Numbered from the stretch's first letter, positions 10,768 to 24,174 are shown. The stretch: 64,000 nt of DNA from Escherichia coli (GCF_029227855.1 NZ_CP074356.1), one strand, 5' to 3'. Notes: generated from the letters alone by a model not told the origin. Numbers and translations are program-made.

Positions 10768-13350
10768 ATGCAAGAGCAATACCGCCCGGAAGAGATAGAA
10801 TCCAAAGTACAGCTTCATTGGGATGAGAAGCGCACATTTGAAGTAACCGAAGACGAGAGCAAAGAGAAGTATTACTGCCTGTCTATGCTTCCCTATCCTT
10901 CTGGTCGACTACACATGGGCCACGTACGTAACTACACCATTGGTGACGTGATCGCCCGCTACCAGCGTATGCTGGGCAAAAACGTCCTGCAGCCGATCGG
11001 CTGGGACGCGTTTGGTCTGCCTGCGGAAGGCGCGGCGGTGAAAAACAACACCGCACCGGCACCGTGGACGTACGACAACATCGCGTACATGAAAAACCAG
11101 CTCAAAATGCTGGGCTTTGGTTATGACTGGAGCCGCGAGCTGGCAACCTGTACACCGGAATACTACCGTTGGGAACAGAAATTCTTCACCGAGCTGTATA
11201 AAAAAGGCCTGGTATATAAGAAGACTTCTGCAGTCAACTGGTGCCCGAACGACCAGACCGTACTGGCGAACGAACAAGTTATCGACGGCTGCTGCTGGCG
11301 CTGCGATACCAAAGTTGAGCGTAAAGAGATCCCGCAATGGTTTATCAAAATCACCGCTTACGCTGACGAGCTGCTCAACGATCTGGATAAACTGGATCAC
11401 TGGCCAGACACCGTTAAAACCATGCAGCGTAACTGGATCGGTCGTTCCGAAGGCGTGGAAATCACCTTCAACGTTAACGACTATGACAACACGCTGACCG
11501 TTTACACTACCCGCCCGGACACCTTTATGGGTTGTACCTACCTGGCGGTAGCGGCGGGTCATCCGCTGGCGCAGAAAGCGGCGGAAAATAATCCTGAACT
11601 GGCGGCCTTTATTGACGAATGCCGTAACACCAAAGTTGCCGAAGCTGAAATGGCAACGATGGAGAAAAAAGGCGTCGATACTGGCTTTAAAGCGGTTCAC
11701 CCATTAACGGGCGAAGAAATTCCCGTTTGGGCAGCAAACTTCGTATTGATGGAGTACGGCACGGGCGCAGTTATGGCGGTTCCGGGTCACGACCAGCGCG
11801 ACTACGAGTTTGCCTCTAAATACGGCCTGAACATCAAACCGGTTATCCTGGCAGCTGACGGCTCTGAGCCAGATCTTTCTCAGCAAGCCCTGACTGAAAA
11901 AGGCGTTCTGTTCAACTCTGGCGAGTTCAACGGTCTTGACCATGAAGCGGCCTTCAACGCTATCGCCGATAAACTGACTGCGATGGGCGTTGGCGAGCGT
12001 AAAGTGAACTACCGTCTGCGCGACTGGGGTGTTTCCCGTCAACGTTACTGGGGCGCGCCGATTCCGATGGTGACGCTGGAAGACGGTACCGTAATGCCGA
12101 CCCCGGACGACCAGCTGCCGGTGATCCTGCCGGAAGATGTGGTGATGGACGGCATTACCAGCCCGATTAAAGCAGATCCGGAGTGGGCAAAAACTACCGT
12201 TAACGGTATGCCAGCACTGCGTGAAACCGACACTTTCGACACCTTTATGGAGTCCTCCTGGTACTATGCGCGCTACACTTGCCCGGAGTACAAAGAAGGT
12301 ATGCTGGATTCCAAAGCGGCTAACTACTGGCTGCCGGTGGATATCTACATTGGTGGTATCGAACACGCCATTATGCACCTGCTCTACTTCCGCTTCTTCC
12401 ACAAACTGATGCGTGATGCAGGTATGGTGAACTCTGACGAACCAGCGAAACAGTTGCTGTGTCAGGGTATGGTGCTGGCAGATGCCTTCTACTATGTTGG
12501 CGAAAACGGCGAACGTAACTGGGTTTCCCCGGTTGATGCTATCGTTGAACGTGACGAGAAAGGCCGTATCGTGAAAGCGAAAGATGCGGCTGGCCATGAA
12601 CTGGTTTATACCGGCATGAGCAAAATGTCCAAGTCGAAGAACAACGGTATCGACCCGCAGGTGATGGTTGAACGTTACGGCGCGGACACCGTTCGTCTGT
12701 TTATGATGTTTGCTTCTCCGGCTGATATGACTCTCGAATGGCAGGAATCCGGCGTGGAAGGGGCTAACCGCTTCCTGAAACGTGTCTGGAAACTGGTTTA
12801 CGAGCACACAGCGAAAGGTGATGTTGCGGCACTGAACGTTGATGCGCTGACTGAAGATCAGAAAGCGCTGCGTCGCGATGTGCATAAAACGATCGCTAAA
12901 GTGACCGATGATATCGGCCGTCGTCAGACCTTCAACACCGCAATTGCGGCGATTATGGAGCTGATGAACAAACTGGCGAAAGCACCGACCGATGGCGAGC
13001 AGGACCGCGCCCTGATGCAGGAAGCGCTGCTGGCGGTAGTCCGTATGCTTAACCCGTTCACCCCGCACATCTGCTTCACGCTGTGGCAGGAACTGAAAGG
13101 CGAAGGCGATATCGACAACGCACCGTGGCCGGTTGCTGACGAAAAAGCGATGGTGGAAGACTCCACGCTGGTCGTGGTGCAGGTTAACGGTAAAGTCCGT
13201 GCAAAAATCACCGTTCCGGTGGACGCAACGGAAGAACAGGTTCGCGAACGTGCTGGCCAGGAACATCTGGTAGCAAAATATCTTGATGGCGTTACCGTGC
13301 GTAAAGTGATTTACGTACCCGGTAAACTCCTCAATCTGGTCGTTGGCTAA
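10768..13350 (+). CDS. leuS: leucyl-tRNA synthetase
   Basis: Track ORF 10627-13350. I chose ATG 10768 ([15 protein letters not shown]...), giving 860 aa. HMGH (HIGH) and KMSKS class-I motifs are present. Confidence 0.95.
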   Translation: MQEQYRPEEIESKVQLHWDEKRTFEVTEDESKEKYYCLSMLPYPSGRLHMGHVRNYTIGDVIARYQRMLGKNVLQPIGWDAFGLPAEGAAVKNNTAPAPWTYDNIAYMKNQLKMLGFGYDWSRELATCTPEYYRWEQKFFTELYKKGLVYKKTSAVNWCPNDQTVLANEQVIDGCCWRCDTKVERKEIPQWFIKITAYADELLNDLDKLDHWPDTVKTMQRNWIGRSEGVEITFNVNDYDNTLTVYTTRPDTFMGCTYLAVAAGHPLAQKAAENNPELAAFIDECRNTKVAEAEMATMEKKGVDTGFKAVHPLTGEEIPVWAANFVLMEYGTGAVMAVPGHDQRDYEFASKYGLNIKPVILAADGSEPDLSQQALTEKGVLFNSGEFNGLDHEAAFNAIADKLTAMGVGERKVNYRLRDWGVSRQRYWGAPIPMVTLEDGTVMPTPDDQLPVILPEDVVMDGITSPIKADPEWAKTTVNGMPALRETDTFDTFMESSWYYARYTCPEYKEGMLDSKAANYWLPVDIYIGGIEHAIMHLLYFRFFHKLMRDAGMVNSDEPAKQLLCQGMVLADAFYYVGENGERNWVSPVDAIVERDEKGRIVKAKDAAGHELVYTGMSKMSKSKNNGIDPQVMVERYGADTVRLFMMFASPADMTLEWQESGVEGANRFLKRVWKLVYEHTAKGDVAALNVDALTEDQKALRRDVHKTIAKVTDDIGRRQTFNTAIAAIMELMNKLAKAPTDGEQDRALMQEALLAVVRMLNPFTPHICFTLWQELKGEGDIDNAPWPVADEKAMVEDSTLVVVQVNGKVRAKITVPVDATEEQVRERAGQEHLVAKYLDGVTVRKVIYVPGKLLNLVVG

Positions 13351-13364
13351 GCGCGGGAGGAAGC

Positions 13365-13946
13365 GTGCGATATCTGGCAACATTGTTGTTATCTCTGGCG
13401 GTGTTAATCACCGCCGGGTGTGGCTGGCATCTGCGTGATACCACGCAGGTTCCTTCCACTATGAAGGTCATGATCCTGGACTCAGGCGATCCGAACGGGC
13501 CATTAAGCCGTGCGGTGCGTAACCAGTTACGTCTGAATGGTGTCGAGTTGCTTGATAAAGAAACCACGCGTAAGGACGTTCCATCCCTGCGTTTGGGTAA
13601 AGTGAGCATCGCGAAAGATACCGCATCGGTATTCCGTAACGGTCAAACAGCAGAGTATCAGATGATCATGACGGTCAATGCGACCGTGTTGATCCCCGGC
13701 CGTGACATCTACCCGATTAGCGCCAAAGTCTTCCGTTCGTTCTTCGATAACCCGCAAATGGCGTTAGCGAAAGATAACGAACAAGACATGATCGTAAAAG
13801 AGATGTACGACCGTGCTGCCGAACAGCTGATTCGTAAGCTGCCAAGCATCCGTGCTGCGGATATTCGTTCCGACGAAGAACAGACGTCGACCACAACGGA
13901 TACTCCGGCAACGCCTGCACGCGTCTCTACCACGCTGGGTAACTGA
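13365..13946 (+). CDS. lptE: LPS-assembly lipoprotein LptE
   Basis: 193 aa with a GTG start. Lipobox LITAGC. SD GGGAGGAAG lies just upstream. Confidence 0.93.
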
Positions 13947-14977
13947 TGATTCGGTTGTACCCGGAACAACTCCGCGCGCAGCTCAATGAAGGGCTGCGCG
14001 CGGCGTATCTTTTACTTGGTAACGATCCTCTGTTATTGCAGGAAAGCCAGGACGCTATTCGTCAGGTCGCTGCGGCGCAAGGGTTCGAAGAACACCACAC
14101 TTTTTCCATTGATCCCAACACTGACTGGAATGCGATCTTTTCGTTATGCCAGGCCATGAGTCTGTTTGCCAGTCGACAAACGCTATTGCTGTTGTTACCC
14201 GAAAACGGACCGAATGCGGCGATCAATGAACAACTTCTCACACTCACCGGACTTCTGCATGACGACCTGCTGTTGATCGTCCGCGGTAATAAATTAAGCA
14301 AAGCGCAAGAAAATGCCGCCTGGTTTACTGCTCTTGCGAATCGCAGCGTGCAGGTGACCTGTCAGACACCGGAGCAGGCTCAGCTTCCCCGCTGGGTTGC
14401 TGCGCGTGCAAAACAGCTCAACTTAGAACTGGATGACGCTGCAAACCAAGTGCTCTGCTACTGTTATGAAGGTAACCTGCTGGCGCTGGCCCAGGCACTG
14501 GAGCGTTTATCGCTGCTCTGGCCAGACGGCAAACTGACATTACCGCGCGTTGAACAGGCGGTGAATGATGCCGCGCATTTCACCCCTTTTCATTGGGTTG
14601 ATGCTTTGTTGATGGGAAAAAGTAAGCGCGCGTTGCATATTCTTCAGCAACTTCGTCTGGAAGGCAGCGAACCGGTTATTTTGTTGCGCACATTACAACG
14701 TGAACTGTTGTTACTGGTTAACCTGAAACGCCAGTCTGCCCATACGCCACTGCGTGCATTGTTTGATAAGCATCGGGTATGGCAGAACCGCCGGGGCATG
14801 ATGGGCGAGGCGTTAAATCGCTTAAGCCAGCCGCAGTTACGTCAGGCCGTGCAACTCCTGACACGAACGGAACTCACCCTCAAACAAGATTACGGTCAGT
14901 CAGTGTGGGCAGAGCTGGAAGGGTTATCTCTTCTGTTGTGCCATAAACCTCTGGCGGACGTATTTATCGACGGTTGA
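13946..14977 (+). CDS. holA: DNA polymerase III delta subunit
   Basis: 343 aa. TGATG 1-nt overlap with lptE. Recognised as HolA. Confidence 0.93.
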
Positions 14978-14978
14978 T

Positions 14979-15620
14979 ATGAAATCTTTACAGGCTCTGT
15001 TTGGCGGCACCTTTGATCCGGTGCACTATGGACATCTTAAACCCGTGGAAACGCTGGCGAATTTGATTGGTCTGACGCGGGTCACAATCATCCCTAATAA
15101 TGTTCCTCCGCATCGTCCCCAGCCGGAAGCGAACAGCGTGCAGCGTAAACACATGCTTGAACTGGCGATTGCCGACAAGCCATTATTTACTCTTGATGAA
15201 CGCGAGCTAAAGCGCAATGCCCCCTCTTACACTGCGCAAACACTGAAAGAGTGGCGGCAGGAACAAGGGCCAGACGTGCCGCTGGCGTTTATTATTGGTC
15301 AGGATTCACTGCTGACCTTTCCGACCTGGTACGAATACGAAACGATACTCGACAATGCACATTTGATCGTCTGTCGGCGTCCAGGTTACCCACTTGAAAT
15401 GGCGCAACCGCAATACCAGCAATGGCTGGAAGATCATTTGACACATAACCCGGAAGATCTTCACCTTCAGCCTGCCGGTAAAATTTATCTGGCTGAAACG
15501 CCGTGGTTTAACATCTCGGCGACCATCATCCGCGAACGTTTGCAAAACGGTGAATCGTGTGAGGATTTATTGCCGGAACCGGTACTGACTTACATTAACC
15601 AACAAGGCTTGTATCGCTGA
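14979..15620 (+). CDS. nadD: nicotinate-mononucleotide adenylyltransferase
   Basis: 213 aa. [11 protein letters not shown] nucleotidyltransferase motif. Starts 1 nt after the holA stop. Confidence 0.94.
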
Positions 15621-15643
15621 TACCTGTCGTTACGGAGGGCATG

Positions 15644-16255
15644 ATGCGACTGTGGTTAATTCGTCATGGCGAAACGCAAGCGAATATCGATGGTCTGTAC
15701 AGCGGTCATGCTCCCACACCCCTGACTGCGCGCGGTATTGAGCAAGCGCAAAATCTGCATACGCTGCTACATGGTGTTTCCTTTGACCTGGTTTTATGCA
15801 GTGAACTGGAACGGGCACAGCATACCGCGCGACGGGTTCTCAGTGATCGCCAGCTTCCCGTGCAAATCATCCCTGAACTCAACGAAATGTTTTTTGGCGA
15901 CTGGGAGATGCGACATCATCGCGACCTCATGCAAGAAGATGCCGAAAACTATAGCGCGTGGTGCAATGACTGGCAGCATGCTATCCCCACGAACGGTGAA
16001 GGATTTCAGGCATTTTCACAACGAGTGGAACGGTTTATCGCAAGGCTTAGTGAATTTCAGCACTATCAGAATATTTTAGTCGTCAGCCATCAGGGTGTAC
16101 TGAGTCTGTTAATCGCCCGTTTAATTGGTATGCCTGCCGAAGCTATGTGGCATTTTCGCGTTGACCAGGGGTGTTGGAGCGCCATTGATATCAACCAAAA
16201 ATTCGCGACGCTACGCGTCCTCAATAGCCGTGCCATCGGGGTCGAGAATGCATGA
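15644..16255 (+). CDS. cobC: alpha-ribazole phosphatase / histidine-phosphatase family protein
   Basis: Tandem ATGs at 15641 and 15644. SD GGAGGG at 15634-15639 is only 1 nt from the first ATG and 4 nt from the second, so 15644 (203 aa) is preferred. RHGET phosphoglycerate-mutase-type motif. Confidence 0.88.
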   Translation: MRLWLIRHGETQANIDGLYSGHAPTPLTARGIEQAQNLHTLLHGVSFDLVLCSELERAQHTARRVLSDRQLPVQIIPELNEMFFGDWEMRHHRDLMQEDAENYSAWCNDWQHAIPTNGEGFQAFSQRVERFIARLSEFQHYQNILVVSHQGVLSLLIARLIGMPAEAMWHFRVDQGCWSAIDINQKFATLRVLNSRAIGVENA

Positions 16256-16496
16256 CTTTTCTGTTTTTTTACGGGTAAGCCGCAACGACCATTGACAGCC
16301 CCGGGCAGGCTGATATTCTCCGCAGCCAGACTTTTTTCGCCAGACACGACTTTGTAGAAATTGTTTTACAAAAATGGCGATGCAATCTGCGGCGCGGGGT
16401 GGGATGATAGCCCACTTTCGAAAGCCGATTCGGCGACAATTGTCCCGAAATCGCCTCTGGTTCAGGTATACTGACAGACCATTTTTATCTATTTGA

Positions 16497-16832
<336 letters not shown>

Positions 16833-16835
16833 TGC

Positions 16836-17303
16836 GTGAAGCTGCAACTTGTCGCCGTGGGAACGAAAATGCCGGACTGGGTACAAACCGGTTTTACCGA
16901 GTACCTGCGTCGTTTTCCGAAAGATATGCCCTTCGAGCTGATTGAAATTCCGGCCGGAAAACGCGGCAAGAATGCGGACATCAAGCGCATACTCGACAAA
17001 GAGGGTGAGCAGATGTTGGCGGCCGCAGGCAAAAACCGCATTGTCACCCTCGATATTCCAGGCAAGCCCTGGGATACGCCGCAGTTAGCCGCTGAGCTGG
17101 AACGCTGGAAGCTGGATGGTCGCGACGTCAGTCTACTGATTGGCGGGCCTGAAGGGTTGTCGCCTGCCTGTAAAGCGGCGGCGGAGCAGAGCTGGTCGCT
17201 GTCGGCGCTTACCCTCCCCCATCCGTTGGTTCGCGTGCTGGTCGCAGAGAGTCTGTACCGGGCGTGGAGCATCACCACCAACCATCCTTATCACCGTGAG
17301 TGA
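16836..17303 (+). CDS. rlmH: 23S rRNA m3-pseudouridine1915 methyltransferase RlmH
   Basis: 155 aa with a GTG start 3 nt after the rsfS stop. SPOUT-family sequence recognised as YbeA/RlmH. Confidence 0.93.
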
Positions 17304-17333
17304 TAAGGGAGCTTTGAGTAGAAAACGCAGCGG

Positions 17334-19235
17334 ATGAAACTACAGAACTCTTTTCGCGACTATACGGCAGAGTCCGCGCTGTTTGTGCGCCGGGCGCTGG
17401 TCGCCTTTTTGGGGATTTTGCTGCTGACCGGCGTGCTTATCGCCAACCTGTATAATCTGCAAATTGTTCGCTATACCGATTACCAGACCCGCTCTAATGA
17501 AAACCGCATTAAGCTGGTGCCTATCGCGCCCAGCCGCGGCATTATCTACGACCGTAACGGTATCCCTCTGGCCCTCAACCGCACTATCTACCAGATAGAA
17601 ATGATGCCGGAGAAAGTCGATAACGTGCAGCAAACGCTGGACGCTTTGCGCAGCGTGGTTGATCTGACCGATGACGATATTGCTGCATTCCGAAAAGAGC
17701 GCGCACGTTCACACCGTTTCACCTCCATTCCGGTGAAAACTAACCTGACCGAAGTACAAGTAGCTCGCTTTGCCGTCAATCAGTACCGTTTTCCGGGTGT
17801 TGAAGTTAAAGGCTATAAACGTCGTTACTATCCTTACGGTTCGGCGTTGACCCACGTCATCGGCTATGTGTCGAAAATCAACGATAAAGACGTCGAACGC
17901 CTGAATAATGACGGCAAACTGGCCAACTATGCGGCAACGCATGATATCGGTAAGCTGGGCATTGAGCGTTACTATGAAGACGTGCTGCACGGTCAGACCG
18001 GTTATGAAGAGGTTGAAGTTAACAACCGTGGGCGTGTTATCCGCCAGTTAAAAGAAGTGCCACCGCAAGCCGGACACGATATTTACCTGACGCTGGATCT
18101 CAAACTCCAGCAATATATTGAAACGCTGCTGGCGGGTAGCCGCGCAGCGGTGGTAGTCACCGATCCGCGTACAGGTGGGGTGCTGGCGCTGGTTTCCACG
18201 CCTAGTTATGACCCAAACCTATTTGTTGACGGTATCTCCAGCAAAGATTATTCCGCCTTGCTGAACGACCCGAATACACCGCTGGTGAACCGCGCCACAC
18301 AGGGGGTTTATCCTCCCGCGTCTACAGTTAAACCCTATGTGGCGGTTTCGGCATTGAGCGCCGGAGTGATCACGCGCAATACGACGCTGTTTGACCCAGG
18401 CTGGTGGCAACTGCCAGGTTCGGAAAAACGTTATCGTGACTGGAAAAAATGGGGCCACGGGCGTCTGAATGTCACAAGATCGCTGGAAGAATCTGCGGAT
18501 ACCTTCTTCTATCAGGTGGCCTACGATATGGGAATCGATCGCCTCTCCGAATGGATGGGTAAATTCGGTTATGGTCATTACACCGGTATCGACCTGGCGG
18601 AAGAACGTTCCGGCAACATGCCTACCCGCGAATGGAAACAGAAACGCTTTAAAAAACCGTGGTATCAGGGTGACACCATTCCGGTTGGTATCGGTCAGGG
18701 TTACTGGACAGCGACCCCAATCCAGATGAGTAAGGCACTGATGATCCTGATTAATGACGGTATCGTGAAGGTTCCGCATTTGCTGATGAGCACCGCCGAA
18801 GACGGCAAACAGGTGCCATGGGTACAACCGCATGAACCGCCCGTCGGCGATATTCATTCCGGTTACTGGGAGCTGGCAAAAGACGGTATGTACGGTGTTG
18901 CTAACCGCCCTAACGGTACGGCGCATAAATACTTTGCCAGCGCACCGTACAAAATTGCGGCGAAATCTGGTACAGCTCAGGTCTTCGGTCTGAAAGCGAA
19001 CGAAACCTATAATGCGCACAAAATTGCCGAGCGTTTACGTGACCACAAACTGATGACTGCCTTTGCGCCATACAACAATCCGCAAGTGGCTGTCGCCATG
19101 ATTCTGGAGAACGGTGGCGCGGGTCCAGCGGTTGGTACGCTGATGCGCCAGATCCTCGACCACATTATGCTGGGTGATAACAACACCGATCTGCCTGCGG
19201 AAAATCCAGCGGTTGCCGCAGCGGAGGACCATTAA
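17334..19235 (+). CDS. mrdA: penicillin-binding protein 2 (elongasome transpeptidase)
   Basis: 633 aa with an N-terminal TM anchor and SxxK active site (ASTVKP). Confidence 0.95.
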   Translation: MKLQNSFRDYTAESALFVRRALVAFLGILLLTGVLIANLYNLQIVRYTDYQTRSNENRIKLVPIAPSRGIIYDRNGIPLALNRTIYQIEMMPEKVDNVQQTLDALRSVVDLTDDDIAAFRKERARSHRFTSIPVKTNLTEVQVARFAVNQYRFPGVEVKGYKRRYYPYGSALTHVIGYVSKINDKDVERLNNDGKLANYAATHDIGKLGIERYYEDVLHGQTGYEEVEVNNRGRVIRQLKEVPPQAGHDIYLTLDLKLQQYIETLLAGSRAAVVVTDPRTGGVLALVSTPSYDPNLFVDGISSKDYSALLNDPNTPLVNRATQGVYPPASTVKPYVAVSALSAGVITRNTTLFDPGWWQLPGSEKRYRDWKKWGHGRLNVTRSLEESADTFFYQVAYDMGIDRLSEWMGKFGYGHYTGIDLAEERSGNMPTREWKQKRFKKPWYQGDTIPVGIGQGYWTATPIQMSKALMILINDGIVKVPHLLMSTAEDGKQVPWVQPHEPPVGDIHSGYWELAKDGMYGVANRPNGTAHKYFASAPYKIAAKSGTAQVFGLKANETYNAHKIAERLRDHKLMTAFAPYNNPQVAVAMILENGGAGPAVGTLMRQILDHIMLGDNNTDLPAENPAVAAAEDH

Positions 19236-19237
19236 TC

Positions 19238-20350
19238 ATGACGGATAATCCGAATAAAAAAACATTCTGGGATAAAGTCCATCTCGATCCCACAATGCTG
19301 CTGATCTTACTGGCATTGCTGGTTTACAGCGCCCTGGTTATCTGGAGCGCCAGCGGTCAGGATATTGGCATGATGGAGCGTAAAATCGGCCAAATCGCGA
19401 TGGGTCTGGTCATCATGGTGGTGATGGCGCAAATTCCTCCACGCGTTTATGAAGGCTGGGCCCCCTATCTCTATATCATCTGTATTATTTTGCTGGTGGC
19501 AGTAGATGCTTTTGGTGCCATCTCTAAAGGCGCTCAACGCTGGCTGGACCTCGGTATCGTTCGTTTTCAGCCGTCGGAAATTGCCAAAATAGCCGTACCA
19601 CTGATGGTAGCGCGCTTTATCAACCGCGACGTTTGCCCGCCATCGTTGAAGAACACTGGCATCGCGCTGGTGCTGATATTTATGCCCACGCTGCTGGTGG
19701 CTGCACAGCCTGACCTGGGAACATCAATCCTCGTTGCGCTTTCCGGTCTGTTTGTACTGTTCCTCTCTGGCCTTAGCTGGCGTCTGATTGGCGTCGCAGT
19801 AGTGCTGGTAGCGGCGTTCATTCCGATTCTGTGGTTCTTCCTGATGCATGATTACCAGCGCCAGCGCGTAATGATGCTCCTGGACCCGGAATCAGACCCA
19901 CTCGGCGCGGGCTATCACATTATTCAGTCTAAAATTGCTATTGGCTCCGGCGGATTACGCGGCAAAGGCTGGCTGCACGGCACTCAGTCACAACTTGAAT
20001 TTCTCCCCGAACGCCATACCGACTTTATCTTCGCGGTACTGGCGGAAGAGCTGGGATTAGTGGGCATTTTGATTCTGCTCGCTCTCTACATTCTGCTGAT
20101 CATGCGCGGGCTGTGGATAGCCGCCAGAGCGCAAACCACCTTTGGTCGCGTCATGGCTGGCGGCTTAATGCTGATATTATTCGTTTATGTCTTCGTAAAT
20201 ATTGGTATGGTAAGCGGTATTCTGCCGGTTGTAGGGGTTCCGCTCCCACTGGTCAGTTATGGAGGATCGGCGCTAATTGTGCTGATGGCTGGGTTCGGGA
20301 TTGTAATGTCAATCCACACCCACAGGAAAATGTTGTCGAAAAGCGTGTAA
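19238..20350 (+). CDS. mrdB: SEDS peptidoglycan glycosyltransferase RodA
   Basis: 370-aa polytopic ORF starting 2 nt after the mrdA stop. Recognised as RodA. Confidence 0.95.
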   Translation: MTDNPNKKTFWDKVHLDPTMLLILLALLVYSALVIWSASGQDIGMMERKIGQIAMGLVIMVVMAQIPPRVYEGWAPYLYIICIILLVAVDAFGAISKGAQRWLDLGIVRFQPSEIAKIAVPLMVARFINRDVCPPSLKNTGIALVLIFMPTLLVAAQPDLGTSILVALSGLFVLFLSGLSWRLIGVAVVLVAAFIPILWFFLMHDYQRQRVMMLLDPESDPLGAGYHIIQSKIAIGSGGLRGKGWLHGTQSQLEFLPERHTDFIFAVLAEELGLVGILILLALYILLIMRGLWIAARAQTTFGRVMAGGLMLILFVYVFVNIGMVSGILPVVGVPLPLVSYGGSALIVLMAGFGIVMSIHTHRKMLSKSV

Positions 20351-20360
20351 GAGGTGCGCA

Positions 20361-21449
20361 ATGCGTAAGCAGTGGCTCGGGATCTGCATCGCGGCAGGAA
20401 TGCTCGCGGCATGTACAAGCGATGATGGTCAGCAACAGACGGTAAGTGTACCGCAGCCTGCGGTATGTAACGGCCCCATAGTTGAAATTAGCGGGGCGGA
20501 CCCGCGTTTCGAACCACTGAACGCGACGGCAAATCAGGATTACCAGCGCGACGGTAAAAGCTACAAAATCGTGCAGGATCCGTCTCGATTTAGCCAGGCG
20601 GGACTGGCGGCAATCTATGATGCCGAACCCGGCAGTAACCTGACGGCCTCTGGCGAAGCATTCGATCCGACACAGTTGACGGCGGCCCATCCAACGCTTC
20701 CGATCCCCAGCTACGCCAGAATCACTAACCTGGCTAACGGGCGAATGATCGTGGTGCGCATTAATGATCGCGGTCCTTACGGCAACGACCGCGTTATTTC
20801 GCTTTCTCGCGCGGCAGCTGACCGTCTTAACACGTCAAACAACACCAAAGTTCGTATCGATCCGATTATTGTCGCCCAGGATGGTTCGCTTTCTGGTCCT
20901 GGTATGGCTTGTACCACAGTTGCCAAACAGACTTACGCCCTGCCTGCACCTCCCGATTTAAGCGGTGGCGCGGGAACAAGTTCAGTGTCTGGCCCGCAGG
21001 GTGACATTCTTCCGGTCAGTAATTCGACGCTAAAAAGCGAAGATCCGACCGGCGCGCCGGTAACCAGCAGCGGTTTCCTCGGTGCACCAACGACGTTAGC
21101 GCCTGGTGTGCTGGAAGGCAGCGAACCAACACCTGCGCCACAGCCCGTTGTTACAGCCCCCTCGACAACGCCTGCAACCTCGCCTGCAATGGTGACACCG
21201 CAAGCCGACTCACAAAGCGCCAGCGGCAACTTTATGGTGCAAGTCGGGGCCGTTAGCGATCAGGCTCGTGCGCAACAGTACCAACAGCAACTGGGACAGA
21301 AGTTCGGCGTCCCCGGTCGCGTAACTCAAAATGGCGCGGTCTGGCGGATCCAGCTTGGCCCATTCGCCAGCAAAGCCGAAGCCAGTACCTTGCAGCAACG
21401 TTTGCAAACCGAAGCCCAATTACAGTCATTTATTACCACCGCGCAGTAG
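20361..21449 (+). CDS. rlpA: septal ring lytic transglycosylase-like lipoprotein RlpA (SPOR domain)
   Basis: 362 aa. Lipobox MLAAC, a Pro/Thr/Ser-rich linker and a C-terminal SPOR-like domain. Confidence 0.93.
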   Translation: MRKQWLGICIAAGMLAACTSDDGQQQTVSVPQPAVCNGPIVEISGADPRFEPLNATANQDYQRDGKSYKIVQDPSRFSQAGLAAIYDAEPGSNLTASGEAFDPTQLTAAHPTLPIPSYARITNLANGRMIVVRINDRGPYGNDRVISLSRAAADRLNTSNNTKVRIDPIIVAQDGSLSGPGMACTTVAKQTYALPAPPDLSGGAGTSSVSGPQGDILPVSNSTLKSEDPTGAPVTSSGFLGAPTTLAPGVLEGSEPTPAPQPVVTAPSTTPATSPAMVTPQADSQSASGNFMVQVGAVSDQARAQQYQQQLGQKFGVPGRVTQNGAVWRIQLGPFASKAEASTLQQRLQTEAQLQSFITTAQ

Positions 21450-21588
21450 CGTAAAGCAGGCATCTGATGTGTCAATTTCTGTAAATGACGTTAACAAAGT
21501 CACGCGGAAAGTCAGATGCCTGCCGGTAGTGCATTTGCTATAGTAGGGCACTTTTTTTAATTCCATCACGGATGTCGTAGTTCAGACC

Positions 21589-22800
21589 ATGAATACCATT
21601 TTTTCCGCTCGTATCATGAAGCGCCTGGCGCTCACCACGGCTCTTTGCACAGCCTTTATCTCTGCTGCACATGCCGATGACCTGAATATCAAAACTATGA
21701 TCCCGGGTGTACCGCAGATCGATGCGGAGTCCTACATCCTGATTGACTATAACTCCGGCAAAGTGCTCGCCGAACAGAACGCAGATGTCCGCCGCGATCC
21801 TGCCAGCCTGACCAAAATGATGACCAGTTACGTTATCGGCCAGGCAATGAAAGCCGGTAAATTTAAAGAAACTGATTTAGTCACTATCGGCAACGACGCA
21901 TGGGCCACCGGTAACCCGGTGTTTAAAGGCTCTTCACTGATGTTCCTCAAACCGGGCATGCAGGTTCCGGTTTCTCAGCTGATCCGCGGTATTAACCTGC
22001 AATCGGGTAACGATGCTTGTGTCGCCATGGCCGATTTTGCCGCTGGTAGCCAGGACGCTTTTGTTGGCTTGATGAACAGCTACGTTAACGCCCTGGGCCT
22101 GAAAAATACCCACTTCCAGACGGTACATGGTCTGGATGCTGATGGTCAGTACAGCTCCGCGCGAGATATGGCGCTGATCGGCCAGGCGTTGATCCGTGAC
22201 GTACCGAATGAATACTCGATCTATAAAGAAAAAGAATTTACGTTTAACGGTATTCGCCAGCTGAACCGTAACGGTCTGTTATGGGATAACAGCCTGAATG
22301 TCGACGGCATCAAAACCGGACACACTGACAAAGCAGGTTACAACCTTGTTGCTTCTGCGACTGAAGGCCAGATGCGCTTGATCTCTGCGGTGATGGGCGG
22401 ACGTACTTTTAAAGGCCGTGAAGCCGAAAGTAAAAAACTGCTGACCTGGGGCTTCCGTTTCTTCGAAACCGTTAACCCACTGAAAGTAGGTAAAGAGTTC
22501 GCCTCTGAACCGGTTTGGTTTGGTGATTCTGATCGCGCTTCGTTAGGTGTTGATAAAGACGTGTATCTGACCATTCCGCGTGGCCGCATGAAAGATCTGA
22601 AAGCCAGCTATGTGCTGAACAGCAGTGAATTGCATGCGCCGCTGCAAAAGAATCAGGTCGTCGGTACTATCAACTTCCAGCTTGATGGCAAAACGATCGA
22701 ACAACGCCCGCTGGTTGTGCTGCAAGAAATCCCGGAAGGCAACTTCTTCGGCAAAGTCATTGATTACATTAAATTAATGTTCCATCACTGGTTTGGTTAA
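21589..22800 (+). CDS. dacA: D-alanyl-D-alanine carboxypeptidase PBP5
   Basis: 403 aa. Signal peptide, SLTK (SxxK) motif and a C-terminal amphipathic anchor. Confidence 0.95.
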   Translation: MNTIFSARIMKRLALTTALCTAFISAAHADDLNIKTMIPGVPQIDAESYILIDYNSGKVLAEQNADVRRDPASLTKMMTSYVIGQAMKAGKFKETDLVTIGNDAWATGNPVFKGSSLMFLKPGMQVPVSQLIRGINLQSGNDACVAMADFAAGSQDAFVGLMNSYVNALGLKNTHFQTVHGLDADGQYSSARDMALIGQALIRDVPNEYSIYKEKEFTFNGIRQLNRNGLLWDNSLNVDGIKTGHTDKAGYNLVASATEGQMRLISAVMGGRTFKGREAESKKLLTWGFRFFETVNPLKVGKEFASEPVWFGDSDRASLGVDKDVYLTIPRGRMKDLKASYVLNSSELHAPLQKNQVVGTINFQLDGKTIEQRPLVVLQEIPEGNFFGKVIDYIKLMFHHWFG

Positions 22801-22856
22801 AAATCGAACACTTGAAAGTGTAATTTCCGTCCCCATATACTAAGCATCAGTAAAAA

Positions 22857-22886
22857 ACTCCCGCCTTCTGGCGGGAGTTGCTATTT
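22857..22886 (+). terminator. intrinsic terminator after dacA
   Basis: 9-bp stem ACTCCCGCC/GGCGGGAGT with loop TTCT, flanked by an A-run upstream and followed by TGCTATTT. Confidence 0.7.
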
Positions 22887-22909
22887 AATTACGTTACGCC
22901 GGAGCTGAC

Positions 22910-23173
22910 ATGAAAACCAAACTTAACGAACTGCTTGAATTCCCTACTCCTTTTACTTACAAAGTTATGGGGCAGGCGTTACCTGAGCTGGTTGATCAGG
23001 TGGTTGAAGTGGTACAGCGCCATGCGCCAGGTGACTACACCCCAACGGTAAAACCAAGCAGCAAAGGCAACTACCACTCGGTATCTATCACTATCAACGC
23101 TACTCATATCGAGCAGGTTGAAACACTGTATGAAGAACTGGGCAAAATCGATATTGTCCGCATGGTTCTGTAA
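22910..23173 (+). CDS. ybeD: DUF493 protein YbeD
   Basis: 87-aa ORF immediately upstream of lipB (a conserved pairing). Recognised as YbeD. Confidence 0.9.
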
Positions 23174-23273
23174 CTCGCTTCTCCGTTACCCGGCTCCTGG
23201 TCGGGTAACTCCCCTCTCCTCGCTGTGATATACTTTTCCCCCACTTTTACTCATTCTCCACGGAGATGCCGTT

Positions 23274-23915
23274 TTGTATCAGGATAAAATTCTTGTCCGC
23301 CAGCTCGGTCTTCAGCCTTACGAGCCAATTTCCCAGGCTATGCATGAATTCACCGATACCCGCGATGATAGTACCCTTGATGAAATCTGGCTGGTCGAGC
23401 ACTATCCGGTATTCACCCAAGGGCAGGCAGGAAAAGCGGAGCACATTTTAATGCCGGGTGATATTCCGGTGATTCAGAGCGATCGCGGTGGGCAGGTGAC
23501 TTATCACGGGCCGGGGCAACAGGTGATGTATGTGTTGCTTAACCTGAAACGCCGTAAACTCGGTGTGCGTGAACTGGTGACCTTGCTTGAGCAAACAGTG
23601 GTGAATACCCTGGCTGAACTGGGTATAGAAGCGCATCCTCGGGCTGACGCGCCTGGTGTCTATGTCGGGGAAAAGAAAATTTGCTCACTGGGTTTACGTA
23701 TTCGACGCGGTTGTTCATTCCACGGTCTGGCATTAAACGTCAATATGGATCTTTCACCATTTTTACGTATTAATCCTTGTGGGTATGCCGGAATGGAAAT
23801 GGCTAAAATATCACAATGGAAACCCGAAGCGACGACTAATAATATTGCACCGCGTTTACTGGAAAATATTTTAGCGCTACTAAACAATCCTGACTTCGAA
23901 TATATTACCGCTTAA
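23274..23915 (+). CDS. lipB: octanoyltransferase LipB
   Basis: 213 aa with a TTG start. SD GGAG at 23262-23265. Recognised as LipB. Confidence 0.92.
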
Positions 23916-24174
23916 TTGCATACCTCAATGGCCCAATTTACACTGGGTCATTACTCATAATACCTGCTAATGCTTTACATCTCCTTCGCGTTTGTATATT
24001 TTCTTTATCACTTGCAGAAATGCGATGCTACGCCTTGCTCCGTAACTCACCCCATTGATTAACTTATTGAAATAGTTGATTATGGTGAGCAAAAGCGTTC
24101 CGTTCCAATTAGACATAAGATTATTGTAATTTTTTTAAATATTATTTTTCCATGAATAAAATTGGAGTAAGTGC

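Noticed and set aside
11704-13383. 559-aa ORF on the minus strand
   Set aside because: It lies entirely antisense to leuS, which is unambiguous (HIGH and KMSKS motifs). Its composition is Arg/His/Val-rich and low-complexity, typical of a shadow ORF opposite a highly codon-biased gene. No SD or promoter context.
16292-16319. Sigma-70-like TTGACA-16 nt-TATTCT in the cobC-rsfS spacer
   Set aside because: A perfect -35 but only a 4 of 6 match at -10. It is about 200 nt from the rsfS start with no supporting evidence. Too weak to list as a feature.
18219-19019. 266-aa minus-strand ORF, plus similar ones at 10909-11700, 1142-1708, 43867-44535 (plus), 45432-45947 (plus), 56320-56910 (plus) and 53478-53969 (plus)
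   Set aside because: All lie antisense to well-recognised genes (mrdA, leuS, ybeZ, ahpF, ahpC, entB, cstA) and have Arg/His-rich low-complexity translations. Treated as non-coding shadow frames.
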